Below the pieces are notes generated by a model. The model had not been told where the DNA came from and searched no databases. It saw only the letters and a program-made list of their open reading frames with translations. Positions 10,780 through 22,564 of a DNA stretch of 64,000 bases are shown here, piece by piece; positions within the stretch are counted from its first letter, which is position 1; every line of letters begins with the position of its first letter. This stretch comes from Carpediemonas membranifera BICM (taxonomy: Eukaryota; Protista; Fornicata): positions 62,001 to 126,000 of the forward strand of contig JAHDYR010000025.1 of NCBI GenBank assembly GCA_019828565.1, written 5' to 3'. The translations under genes and the position numbers were made by a program.

Positions 10780-12153
10780 ATGCAATCGGTTTTCGACTTC
10801 TACATGCTCTTGAAGCGTTCGAAAACGTTTGGTAAGCAGTTCTTTATCTTCTATGACAGCGCTGAGATCAGTCAGGCCTCATCAAACGCGCAGGAGATGA
10901 TCAAGTGCTCACTTCTTCGTAAGTTCCTTCTGCCCGATGACAAGATCCTCACCGCCCTTCTTCGTGATCGTAAGTACTTTCCCCATACCTTTTTACACAG
11001 ATATTGGCTGGAAAACGCTTCGCAAGCTCTTCAGGTCGCCTCACCTTATCCTGCACCTAAGAGAAACTGCCGAGGCTCAGCTTGAGCTGATCACGACATC
11101 GGCTGAGCTGAAGAAGGTCATGGGAGATCATGCCTACGACAGCCTTGTCCAGAAGGTCCGCCGAGAAGTGTCTTCGGATCACGAGCACGACGTTGGAGGT
11201 AAGTACTCCAAATAACTCCTGCTTATTCAGTCCTTTCGCTGCTCCGTGAGCGCATAATGCGCAAGGTGAAGCCAGGAAGGTCGGGGGTCGTCCGTTCGTT
11301 CAAGAACAACGCCGAGCCTGAGCTGTCGGACCCGGTCGACGTGCAGTTCGACCGGATAAGGCACCTGGACGCGCTTCTGATGGACTCTCCCGTCCACAGA
11401 AGTACCCTGAGTGGCACATCGCGCCTCCTGCGCCGCCATCTTGCCGTGGAACACAACGGTGCGATCCGTGATTTGAAGAGGGAGCTTTGGCGAGCCCGGG
11501 CCAAGATTGAAAAGCTCGAGACGGAGAAGCTTGTGCCCTTGAAGAAGGAGGCTGAGGTCATAGACCTGGATCGGGAGGCTTTGGTGGCCGCAGACCCCAA
11601 AGATGACGTCCAGACCATCATGGAGAAGACCGCTAAGAAGTTTAAGAACGATACAAGCTCTCTGAAGCGGTCTGAGGTGCCTGGGGATGGCTCATGCATT
11701 CTCAGCGCCATGCATCTCATCAGGACTGGGTCCCAGCCTACTGTTGGTGAGAAGCTTCAGCTGTACGAGGACATCCGATCCTTCTGTGAGGGCAAGGGGT
11801 TCGAGGGCGACCCGTTCTCTGAGATGCCTGGCTCCCCTTTCCCCTGGGCAGACCATGAGGCCATCCAGGCCAGTGTAGAGCTGAGTCACACTCCGGTAAT
11901 CATCACCCAGATCGACGAGGACCTTACCTGCCTCTGGGTCCACAAAGGTTGGGAAGATTCAGAGTTCTTGCCCATCCAGGATGCGACGCTGGACAAGATC
12001 TTAGGTCTTTGTGAGAGCATGAAGCTCACTCAGTTCATCGTCATCGAGAATCGTCATGCCTGTGTCTACAGTCTTCCGGACCGCAAGCGCAAGGCAGCTG
12101 CCGCAGAGCCCGAGAAGCGTGCTACTCGTCCGGAGGATGTCACCCGCTCATAA
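10780..12153 (+). CDS. OTU-like cysteine protease, multi-exon
   Basis: Last exon (ORF 11257-12153) has VPGDGSCILSA...H. Upstream GTAAG-initiated short introns (e.g. about 10970-11000 and 11199-11230). Exon structure not fully resolved. Confidence 0.65.
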
Positions 12154-12183
12154 ATGATTGATTGAATTGATATCTCTTCAAGT

Positions 12184-13093
12184 TTATTCACTCTTGCCTT
12201 GAGTCATGCGCGCAGTGTGGAAGCGCTTACGGGCGGGGTTGGACTTGGTCTTCCGCTTGCGGGGCTGCGGCTTGACCTGCAGTATTTTGAACTGCTCCAC
12301 CTTTCGAGCGAGGTAGTGAGGGTCATCTATGGCGAGACTCTTGAAGCGAGCAACCGGGTGCTCCTCTTCATCGGCCTCAAAGTAGGTCTCGCCATAATCG
12401 ATGCGCAAGAACTCGCCGCGAACGATGTTGGCAGTGGCCCTGACCGATATCACTGGCAGGCCATCCACCAAGACGTCCACGAACTCACAGTTGACATCGT
12501 CAGGGCTGTGGTTAATCAGGTGGACACCCGCTGCGGCCGACATGGCATCGACGGCGACCTGACTGTCAGCGAATGACATGCTGTGTAATGGTAATGGAAT
12601 ATGCGAAACAAACACCATCTGGCCGTTGTTGCTGGCCGTCTCAGCATCGGGAATCAGCTTCCCGAGTATATGCCGAGACATGTGCCAGCTGAGATATCCT
12701 CAGTGGCAATCATGCCTCGGCCGACGCTCTGCGTCCGATTGAGGGCCGGATGGTCGGGCTCCTGGGTCAGACGGGGGTCGCAACGGGTCTCGGATGAGAT
12801 CCAGGCCGGAGCAGGAATGGCCTGAAGGCTTATCTCATCCGAAATCAGCCGCTTGACGTCCTGCAGGTCTGAACCCGGGTAAACATGCGTCCACCTAGGG
12901 TGGACGTGCATGACGGACCCCTCGACGGAGTCCTCCTCGGCTTCAGACGAGCTGGATGAATGGGAAGGCGACTCGGGAGGCGGAGGAGGAGGAGAATCTT
13001 GCTCCTTACCATCCTCGGGCGACTCGGGAGGCGGAGGAGGAGGTGATGCTGCCGTTACAGTCGTTTCCGCAGGACGTTGATCCTGCGGAGAAG
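12184..13093 (-). CDS. SET-domain protein, right-arm copy; exon 1 lost and fused to gypsy integrase ORF; frameshift near 12665
   Basis: HLINHS and GEFLRIDYG; mirror of 1616-2525. Confidence 0.75.
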
Positions 13094-16000
13094 ATGAGTC
13101 CTCGTCGGGGGTGAGGCCTTCCCAACGGATCAGTAGCTCCAGAGAGCCGTTCTTCTTCTTACGGTGGCCTACGACTGCCTCCACGGGTTGTTCATCTTGC
13201 TCGTAGGCGGCAATTTCCTCGAGCTCCTTCTCCGTGAGGCCGTCGGCGTGGAATGTGACGAGTCGGTCTGCGTGGACTGTGGCGACGCACTTCGACACGA
13301 GATACATCACCTTGTAGGTGTTGGGGTGATCGCCCTTCCCCTCCATGCGGAGCGGTCCGCGCAGAGGCGGGAGTAGCTTGGTCGGCGGCTTGCCCGGGTA
13401 TCTCAGCAGGACGTAGGTTTCGTTCTCCCAGGCCCGTGTGCTGTCCGAGGAGCCTGCAGCCTTGTTTACCTCGTAGGCTTTGACCTTGATCGCGGCAAGT
13501 TGTTGGAGCGACGTGACGTGGGCCTGGAAGCGGACGATGTCGTCGGCTTCGACTGAGCCCGGCTCGAGCATCTGGGTTGCGTTGGTCAGGGCGTCGGGCG
13601 CGACGCGCAGCATGGTTGACTTGCGTCCGAACAATAGTTCGAAGGGGCTGAGGCCTGTGGTGGAGTGGCGGGTGGCGTTGATAACGTGCTGGGCGATGGG
13701 CAGGTATGCGGGCCAGTTGTCGTCGCGGGCGTCCAGCAGGAGCGCTCTTAAGCGTCTCATGACGGTACCATTCAGGCGTTCGACTACGCCGTTGCTGGCC
13801 GGATGATATGCCGTACTGAACCGGTGCTTGAGGCTCAGTCGCTCGTTCATCTCCTCGACTAGGGCATTCCTGAACTGTGTACCTTGGTCAGACTGGAGCT
13901 CGGCCGGGACGCCGAAAGTCGCCCAGATCTCCAGCAATGCGGCTGCTGCCTCGGCTGCGCTCGTTGACCGTGTGGGCTTCAATATGGTGAACTTCGAGAA
14001 CACGTCCACCACCGTGATGACGTACTTGAGACCGTCTCTCTCGGGCAAAGGGCCAATGGTGTCCACCTGCACCGTCTCGAATGGGCGGATGCGCTGAGTA
14101 GAGTGCCACTTGATCGGCTCCTTGCGGGCTGGCTTTGTCTTGCGACAGATTGGACACTGGCGTAAGGTCGCGCGGACGTCATCCGACATGCCTGGCCACG
14201 TGACACCGGACTGCTTCAGATTGGCGATGGTCTGGTCTGGGCCGACGTGGCCCTGTGCACCGGCGTGCGCCCTGGTGATCTGCTCTTGGCGCGTCGTGGT
14301 GACGTGGTCGATCGAGCGGCGCACCTCGTTCTTGCGCTGAGATGATGGCCGCGACAGTGCGTCGGCTACGAGGTTCTGCGCTCCAGCTATGTGTGTGACG
14401 TTATACGGATACTCTGTCATGGTGAGTCGCCATCGTGTCAGTTTCTTAGTGCCGTCCTCGTCTGTCTTCCTGAGTAGCCATATCAGATTACGATGGTCCG
14501 TGCGAAGCTCGAACGGCTTCAGCTTGAAGAGGGGGAAAACTCTGGTCGCGTTACACAATAGACAATGGCGAAAAGCTCCTGTTCCACCGTGGACCACCGT
14601 TGCTGGGTCTCGTCGAGGGTCTTGCTGTAGAAGGCGAGTGGGACCTTCTCGTCACCCTCGCCCTGCCACAGTACACCACCGATGGCGGTCGACGATGCGT
14701 CGGTCTCGAGAGTCCACTTTGCACTCAGGTCTGGGAGCGCGAGGGCGGTGTGCTCGGCTACTAGGGTCTTCATACGGGCGAATGCTTCGTCCTCAGTGGC
14801 AGTCCAATCGAGGGGGCCGACTTCTGCGGCGATCCCTTTAGGAGGGCGTTGAGCGGGGCTGATGCGTGGGCGAGGTGTGGGATATAGTTTGACAGATAGT
14901 TGAACTTGCCTAGCGTGCGGCGCAGCTCCGTTGTCGTCGTTGGGGGTGTGAGGTCCTGGATGGCTGCGATACGTGAGGGGGAAACCGACCTGCCAGACTC
15001 GTTGACTATAAACCCACAGACTTCAACCTCCTTCATGCCAATGGCACACTTGTCGGCGCGGAGTTTGATATCGTAAGCTTCCAACTGGTCGAAGATCTGG
15101 GTGAGGGTCGACTTGAAATCCTGAATGGAGCGGGCGTACGCAAAGATATCGTCGATATAGGCTCTCGAACCGTCGATACCAGCGAGCATCTCGTCCATGG
15201 CTCGCTGGAACTTTGCTGGGGCGTTCTTCAGCCCGAATGGTGTACGTAAGAACTCGTAATGCCCGCCCGGGACGGTGAATGCGGTGAGCGGGATGCTATC
15301 GGTTGCCATGTTCTGCTGCCAGTATCCGCTGCGCAGGTCGAGCGCCGCGAACACGGAGCATCCGCTCGCCTCGTGTACAAACGATCGGATGTCCGGCGTG
15401 GGGTACAGGTCGTCGATGGTGGCGTTGTTCAAGACGTTGTAAGCGATGCAGAAGCGGTCTTCGCCGCTCTTCTTCTTTGCCATGACGTGCGGGCTAGAGT
15501 GCGGACTTTGACTCTCTCGGATCACGCCCTGGTTGAGCATCTTGTCGATCTCCGCGAGGGCTGAGTTTCCCGGGTCACCCTTCAACGGCCTGGGTCGGGC
15601 CCTGGGTGTAGGGCGGCTTGGATCGACGACGATCTCGTGTGGCGGCATCCTGCTGCCATCCGGAGGTAGAGGGCCAAACACGGCCTTGCGCTCGCGAAGG
15701 AAGTCGGTCAGCCAGGCAGCCAGCTCCGGGTTCTCTTCGGTCGGCAGCTTAACCTTGCGCCACTCTTCCTCGGGGTCGACTTCTTCTGTTGTCGAGTCGA
15801 GGTAGGGGTGCTGTCCCAGGCCGTCGTCGTCATCGATCGGGTCAGCGGACGGTATTAGTAGCCGATCGTTCAGCAGGAAGCCGAGGCGGCGGAGCAAATC
15901 GCGTCCAATGAGGACCTTCTTCCTCTGGCCCTTCGTGACCATGAGCAATGCAGTGGTGGTCACGGTCTTTCCGTCGACACTGGGGAGGGTCAGCGAGACC

Positions 16001-17793
16001 TTGGCGGCTTTGCCAGTGGAGATGATATCGTCCCCAGCGCCGAGAAGTTCGACTGAGGTCGGTATCAGGGTCACGTCGGGGATCGCTGCGAGGGCAGGGG
16101 CTGATATGACCGACGTGCAAGCGCCGATGTCGAACTTGACGTTCATGTGCTGGCCGTTGATAACAGCCGGGACCTTCACCGGGTCCTTGTCGAGTATGAT
16201 GTCCTCGATCTCGTAGACTTCGTTCTCCAACTCCGAATGAGACGCTTCATCCGCGTCAAACACCTCATCGACGCGGCGGGGGTTCTTCAGGGTAGACGAG
16301 GGGCGGAGGTCCATGCGGCCGGCCCGGCGATCCGACTGTTGGTGACTGGTGGGCGCCACAGGGCGTGCGCGGTTGCCGGGCTGCTTTTGCCGCTCTTCGG
16401 GTCTGCGTTCCTGACGCTTCTCGGTCTGTGGCTGGCGTTCTTGGGCCTTGTAAGCCTCCCGTCTGATGAGGAACCTGCAGTCCTTCGTCTCGTGGTGCGG
16501 GTTCCAGCCATGCTGTGTGCAGTATCTCGTGTGGGAAGGAGGCATGCGGAACTTGGTCTTGTCCCTGAACTGCTGGAACGGATCGCGACCATCGAGCCTG
16601 CGAGCGAGCGGCTTCCTGCCTGAAGTGCCCGACGCCTGCTCGTTGTTGTCGGCTTGTGGGCTGGCGAGTCTGAAGGCACGCCATGGGATAATGATGTTCT
16701 CGTCGTGATCAACATCCAAGTCGCGTAGTTTGTCGAGAAGTTCGCTGATCTTGTCGGAGTAGTCCTCAATCTCTTCTTCGTATACATCCTCGGCTTCTTT
16801 GGAGAAACCTCTAGTGGCGAAGTCCCGAATGATCCGCTCGAGCAGTTTTGCGGAGATGGTGGGGACGTCCTTGATGTCTGGGTTGAGGGCGCTTATGAGC
16901 TTACGTGCCTTCTCGACGGCCGTTCGGTGCCGGGGCTCCGGACCGTATAGCGTGATGTTGTCGAGCTTTGCCTTGAGGAGCTTGGCTCTTGCGCCCGGGT
17001 CCGTACTAGTCAAGAGGGTATATGCGAGGTAGGGGGCGATGGAGGTCGCCTCCTTGGCGAGGAAAGCGTAGACGTCCCCGCCATCGAAGACTGGCCAAGC
17101 CGCCGAGGAGGGGGCGGGCTTGGTCTCCTCGGGCACTGGGGGCATGTACACGAACGCCACCGAGACGTCTTCGCCGTCCGGGCCGGTCAGGTTGCCAGGC
17201 CGTGCGACTGTCTCGACGTTTGCGATGTCGTGGTCGTCGGTCAGCTGGGTGAAGAAGTCGCGGGCCTTCTTGCCGCAGTCAGTCAGTATCTGGGGATGTT
17301 GAGCTTCAAGGCACTCCCGGGTCATTGCTGTCAGGGTGGGGTCCTTGTGCTTAGCTGCACACTCGCTACAGGCGGCGAACGTGGCTTTTCTTATGGTCTT
17401 CTGTACCTCCTCTACCCAGATGGCGGTGAGGTTGTCGGTCTTCGTTGTACGGGCTCGTGCCGCAGTACTGGCAGAGCTTGTGTTCGCCGCGCGGCGAGCA
17501 TCGGAATCGGACAGAACGGTTCGTTGTAGGTCCTCGAAAGTGTCAAAAAGAGTGGTTGGGCGCCACTGGGCGCGAAGTTTTTCTGTTGTCTCGGGGGACA
17601 ATGCCCTAAAGAACGAAATTGGATTCTTCTCGTGGGGCATCGCCGAGAGGTACTCCTGGAGTGCTCTCTCGACGGCGAACGGGGTGTCAATTGTAAGATT
17701 CTTCATTTGAATCGGCAGTATCGATACTGTGCCGTGCTAGGGCCCAGAAATATGATAAAGACTGTTTTACGAATTCCGCAGGTTAAGGGCACA
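13094..17793 (-). mobile_element. Ty3/gypsy chromovirus-like LTR retrotransposon 1, 3'-truncated in the chromodomain
   Basis: Gag CTQH..H...C, protease FDIGA, RT YIDD (14770-17706), RNase H TDAS (14519-14773), integrase HHCC+DDE and chromodomain start VEAVVGHR..LLIRWEG (ORF 12654-14597). Confidence 0.93.
17728..17793 (-). repeat. Putative 66-bp 5' LTR of gypsy 1
   Basis: TGTGCC...GGCACA terminal IR; shares AACCTGC, GTAAA(A)CAGT and CTA.CA.G.CACA with the LTR at 44615-44689. Partner LTR is lost. Confidence 0.55.
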
Positions 17794-20327
17794 AAGCTCG
17801 CCCCTAGGGTGATCCTACCCCTGTTCCTGGGGGCCTTGACGTTGACTATGACCTTCTCATAGTCCCTGAGGCTCTCTGCTAGGTCGTCGCAGCCCCAGAC
17901 TCCTTGATGAGCCGTAGCCTCCTTCGAGGGCCACCACTCGTATAGCATGGCCATGGTTATGATGTCCTCCTCCCTTGCTGCCCCTAGGCCCTTCCTGACG
18001 CGTACCATGCGGAGCTGGTTAGCCGTGGCTCTTTCCATGATGGTCCATAGCGGGCTTCTCTCCAGTACACCTTCGTTGTCCATGATTGTGAGGGGGCCAG
18101 TAAGATGCCCTTCATGCCCAACAGAACCTCCCCGAACCCGAAGCCGATGCCGAAGCGGTGTCCGTTGTCCGGGACTACGAGGATCCTGTCGCCGACTTCC
18201 CTGCTGACGTCCCTTGCGTCCCCCGATCGGGTACGTGCCGAAGATCTCAAAGGTGTCCCTCCTTGTCGCGAATTCCGGGCCTCCCATGATATCCATGCCC
18301 GGCTCCGCCTTCCCGACTGCTTCCATGGTCTTGTCGAGTGCCTTACCCATGTAGTGGTAGACGTCTGGGGTGCTCATCCTCTCCTTGCATAGGGCCCTGA
18401 TCCTGGCTGTGAAGACTACTGTATCCGCCAACCCACAGTGGTAGCAACCCGCGGTGTGTCTGTGGTACGGACAGACTCCCTTGGGCTCGCTCCTGTTCTG
18501 CCATCCATTTGACCATGTTGTTACTGCTTCCAGGTAGTTGGCCTTGTCGAGGTTGTCCCTGAGGTTTTGGCCAGCCTCCTCCTTGCCGTTGTTCTCCAGG
18601 ATCTCTGGTAGCTTCTTCTCGTCCACCAGCCTAGCTTGGAAGAATTCCCTGGTTCCTTGCTCCAGTCCATTTGTGGGGTTCGTGAGGAGGAAGCTTTCCA
18701 TCTCCACCCCCTTTGCATACATTATTATCTTCCAACCCTCCGACCTTTCGATCCTTGCCAGCTGAGCCGCCAGGCGGTTGGCCCAGTCCCTGAAAGTATG
18801 TATGTGCTTCTCATACTCGATCGGCGGCCGCCCCGTCCCGACCTCCACGAAGGTGGCCGGCGGCAGCCCCGTCACTGCCCATGCCGTGTACCTCGCTTGG
18901 TCCATGCTTGCTGCCGGTATGTCCTGGTAATACAGGCCATGCCCGTGTCCAAGAATGTCCCCAGTGCTGAGGTCAAAGAGTACGATCCCGCCCTCAACCG
19001 GGATGGCAGGGATCCCTGCCTTCTTGACGCCAGGGTCTGCGCACTCGAAGTCGATGGCTCCGATCACCAGTCGTTTCTCCTTGTCCTTTCTAGGCATCCT
19101 CGGCGGCTGACTGCTGTCCTTGTTTGAGTCGACCTCCTCGTCCTGGTCGATCTTGCCTTGGTTGGCCCCGACCATGTCCTTGTTCACTTCCAGGAGGCTG
19201 TCGTCGAGGCTTCTCCTGCCGGGCATGGTGGCCTGCTGGCGTCGTTCCTCCTTGTCCTTGACATGTTGCTCCTCGTCTCCGTCGATGACCGTGCTAGCGG
19301 ACGACCTGTCCAGATCGGCATGTTCGTCCCTATTGCTGCGGACCGAGGTGGCCTTGAGCACTTCCAGCCTCACCTTCCGGAACGGCGGCTCGTTGCTAAG
19401 GGGGGTCTCCTCCCCTTCGCCCAGGATATTGGTTCTGCCCTTCAGGTAGATCCCTGACTTGTTCCATGCTGCCTGCCATATGGCCGGGGCCTCCGGTGCC
19501 TGAAGCCTGAGGATGTCCCTAGCCTCCTCCATGAAGCGGCTGATGGACCATGCTGACGTGTCGCTTAGCTCTAGGATGACCCTGTACTTGCCGTCCTCTT
19601 GCTCGTAGGCCACTCTGGTGACCGGGCCTTGGTTTGCCGGATCCCATACCTTGTCGTAAGGCACGCCTTCTACGGCCTCGTCTCCATGAGCCCCTGATAC
19701 CAGTATGAACGACCCTTCGGCCTTCTTGACGCTGTCCCTGTCTACATCCCATTCGATGGGCCCATCTTCCTTCGGCTTGAGAATCGCCGTCTCGATGTCC
19801 TTCTCAGATGGCCATCTTGCCATGCCAGTGAAGCCCGCTTTCAGCGTCTTGGGCTCCAGTGCCTGTGCCATGTCCTTTGCTTCCTCGTCTCTGGGGTTGA
19901 GCGCCTCTGTGAGCATGTAGAAAAGGTCGCGGAGGCCGTGGATGCCGCATGGGTTCCTGAGGATGATGTCCTTGTTGTCAGTGACGCCGGTTGCGAAGAG
20001 GATGCGTCTGGCGTTCATGATTACTTCCTTGCGTCCTTTGGAGTTCGCATTGAGCGACTTTCCTGTAAACTTGCCTGTTCTACGAAGAAGTAGGGTCCTT
20101 GAATCGTTCCTTTCAGCGAGGAAGCTGTCCAGTAGTTCCCTGATGTCCTCCCACTGCTTCTGCGTGGAATCCCTGATCCTTGTCGGTATTTCTACCTGCA
20201 TTGTTGAGTGCAAAATTTCTCCCCTTTTCCTAGTCCATAAACTGGGTCGGAATTTTTGGGTCCGAAAGTCGGGCCACATGTACATATCCGGGTGAGGTCT
20301 CCGTCCAGGCCTTCCAGTTTCTCCCAT
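17794..20327 (-). CDS. Large ORF with Maelstrom-like DEDDh exonuclease domain, interrupted by gypsy 1; probably retroelement-derived
   Basis: AIDFEC, IPVEGG, MYAKG and CPYH....HCGLAD match the DEDD plus E-C-H-C pattern of protist Maelstrom domains. Confidence 0.5.
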
Positions 20328-21829
20328 TATCCATGCTCCGTACTATATAGGCCATTCTTTCAAAAAGGCGCGGTCCTAAAAATGCGTCGCCCTTTTCTGA
20401 GTAGCCGGGCCTTTCTGTGTAGTGGTTGTTGCTTTGTTCGTAGTCTCCTTTTAGCCCCTATCGACGGCCCCTGTTTCCCTTTTGCGCTGCCCTTCCTTCC
20501 TTGTGGTCTTGACAAAACCATGTAGCCGCCGGTGCTAGCACTGGCCCTCGACGGTTGTTTTCCTTTTCCTTGTAAACATACGTTCCATGAAGACACTTTG
20601 ATTCCTTGGTATGGGCGTGGAGCTCCCACTCGCGCCCAGCGGTATGCCCTGATGGCAACCCTTGAATGTCCAGACAGGAGGCCAAGGCCGCTCCTTCTGA
20701 GCTCCATGGGGCACTGCCCTATCCATATAGGCCAGGCCTGTTGGTCCTTGTCCATCCATGATCGAAGTGTTTCCACTTTGCTGAAATCATTGGTGGACTG
20801 ACGTTCTAGAGCTGGATCGGCGAAAATGAGGAAAAGACGCTTGTTGAGGACAACAACGCTGTGGACGATCGCAATGGGGCAAGATTAGGTGAATAAAGAA
20901 TAAGTAGTATGCGCTGACGGCGCCTAGTTGATGTCATTCGCTGTTGAAGAGGCGAACTTGCGAAAATCGACATGAAAACCACAAAGTGGTCAGGAGGGAG
21001 GGGTTATAAGCAAAGAAGGGGCAAAGTAGCGATGTAAATGAAATGAAGAGGCAATATCGAGCATTCTGAGCATCGCTCCATCATCTTCGCTGTTCTTCCG
21101 ACATTTCGATGGTGAAATGCCACAGGACGACTCAACTGGGTCATCCAGGAAACACGGGGCAAATCGACCCTATCGGGCCCCCGGGTGTGGTGCCGCACCG
21201 CTGACCTGAGCGGCGCTTTCTATCGCCGGGTTCTATCCACCGTAATAGAGAAACGTGGGTCCGAGCATCCTATCGCTCATGAGGCCCACCAGGCGGGACA
21301 AAGCAGCTTCTAATCACACGTATACAGACATAAGACCTTCTAGGCAACTTGTCCACGTTCAAGACTGCGTTCTCATCACCGCCAACCGCACGGAGATTGC
21401 GGAAATCATTCAGCTTCAAGGTTTCGCACGGCGCCTGCTTGTATCCATCATTCATGTCGTCGCGTGGACAACGAGGACGCTCCTGACACTGGAGAATCTT
21501 GCTCGCCTCGTTCACATGATGGGAAACGCCACCCAGTTCGTTGTACGCATGCAAAGTGCGAATTCTACACGGCACATCGGGAGAGGCACTGAATAAAAGC
21601 ATTGTATACACACCAAGATCCTCTAGCGACGAAATATCACGCTTGATCTTATTGCACGGCGGAATACTGCTCTCTCTCCTGATCATTAAGAACCTAACGT
21701 TCCTGCCCCCTAATCAACTGTCCGATAGCTACAAGACAGTAATTAATTACTGTGGACGCGCAGGAGGACGAAAGGGAATGATCTGTTTACATAAACTGCA
21801 CATTGACTCCTGAGGCACCACATCCTTGC

Positions 21830-22564
21830 GCTGTTCGTGACGCGGCCCCTTGGTATAGCGATGCGCCCCAGCCCTGGCCTGATGCGTCTGTCGCAACCGT
21901 GACCTGCAGGTCTCCCTGCATGCCCCAAAGGCTCCTTAGCTCTGCGAATGGCCTGGAGGGTCGCTGCCGCAGGACCTCGTCCCAGGGTTCGAGAAGCGCC
22001 CTTAGCTCTGTTGTGACTGTGATGTAATCCGAGGGCTTCACCGCCTGAAGAGGACGAAGCCTCAGCAGGGCGGCGTGGGCTGTGGAGGAGAAGAAGGCCA
22101 GCTTGCCTAGTAGCTTGGCCCAGTCTCTCGCGCGTAGTCTGCCCTGGACCAGGGCCTCCTGAAGGTGCTGCCTGTAATGAGCGCTCTTGTCCTCTGATAG
22201 CCTCATGGAGTCTGTTGAAGTGTCTAGTACGACCCCAAGATACTCGATCGACCTTGTCGGGGTCAGCTGTGACTTCTTCAGGCTCGGGATGACTCCTAGA
22301 GACGCCATGAGCTCGATCACCCCCTGCGTCGCACGTGCTAGAACGTCCTTGGACTTGTGGGTGAGCAAGAAGTCGTCCAGGTATACCGACACTTGTACGC
22401 CGAACCGTCGGGCTATGATCTTTGCCAGTTGTACCGTCACGCTCTGAAAGAAGAACGGGGCGGCCTGCCATCCGAAGCTGAGACCTCTGTAGTAGTAAGC
22501 CTTGCCCTCTGGTGTGACGACACCCAGGAGCTTCGCGTCCTCCGGCGCGACCCCTAATTGCATG
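21830..22564 (-). pseudogene. DIRS/Ngaro-type RT C-half and RNase H start (3'-truncated)
   Basis: YYYRGLSFGWQAAPFFFQ, VSVYLDDFLL, IEYLGVVLD and VATDASGQGWGA. Confidence 0.88.

Larger units (their letters stand above)
6460..13093. repeat. Right arm of giant inverted repeat, including 1.9 kb (9459-11346) absent from the left arm
   Basis: Reverse complement of 1616-6361 with few substitutions or indels; GCAG microhomology at both ends of the extra segment. Confidence 0.97.

Noticed and set aside
9459-11346. Insertion element with GCAG TSD
   Set aside because: No terminal repeats, and ORFs cross both boundaries; deletion in the other arm fits better.
1-13093. Endogenous giant virus or Polinton with hairpin telomere
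   Set aside because: No capsid, DNA polymerase, packaging ATPase or primase-helicase is visible; homology to TIR-bounded element B favours a transposon.
17703-17706. ATGA stop/start overlap suggesting the Maelstrom-like ORF is translationally coupled to gypsy gag
   Set aside because: The last ~30 codons run through the putative LTR and leader, so this is more likely chance read-through after insertion.
20800-21830. Short ORFs between the Maelstrom-like ORF and the DIRS fragment
   Set aside because: No recognisable motif or boundaries; left unannotated.
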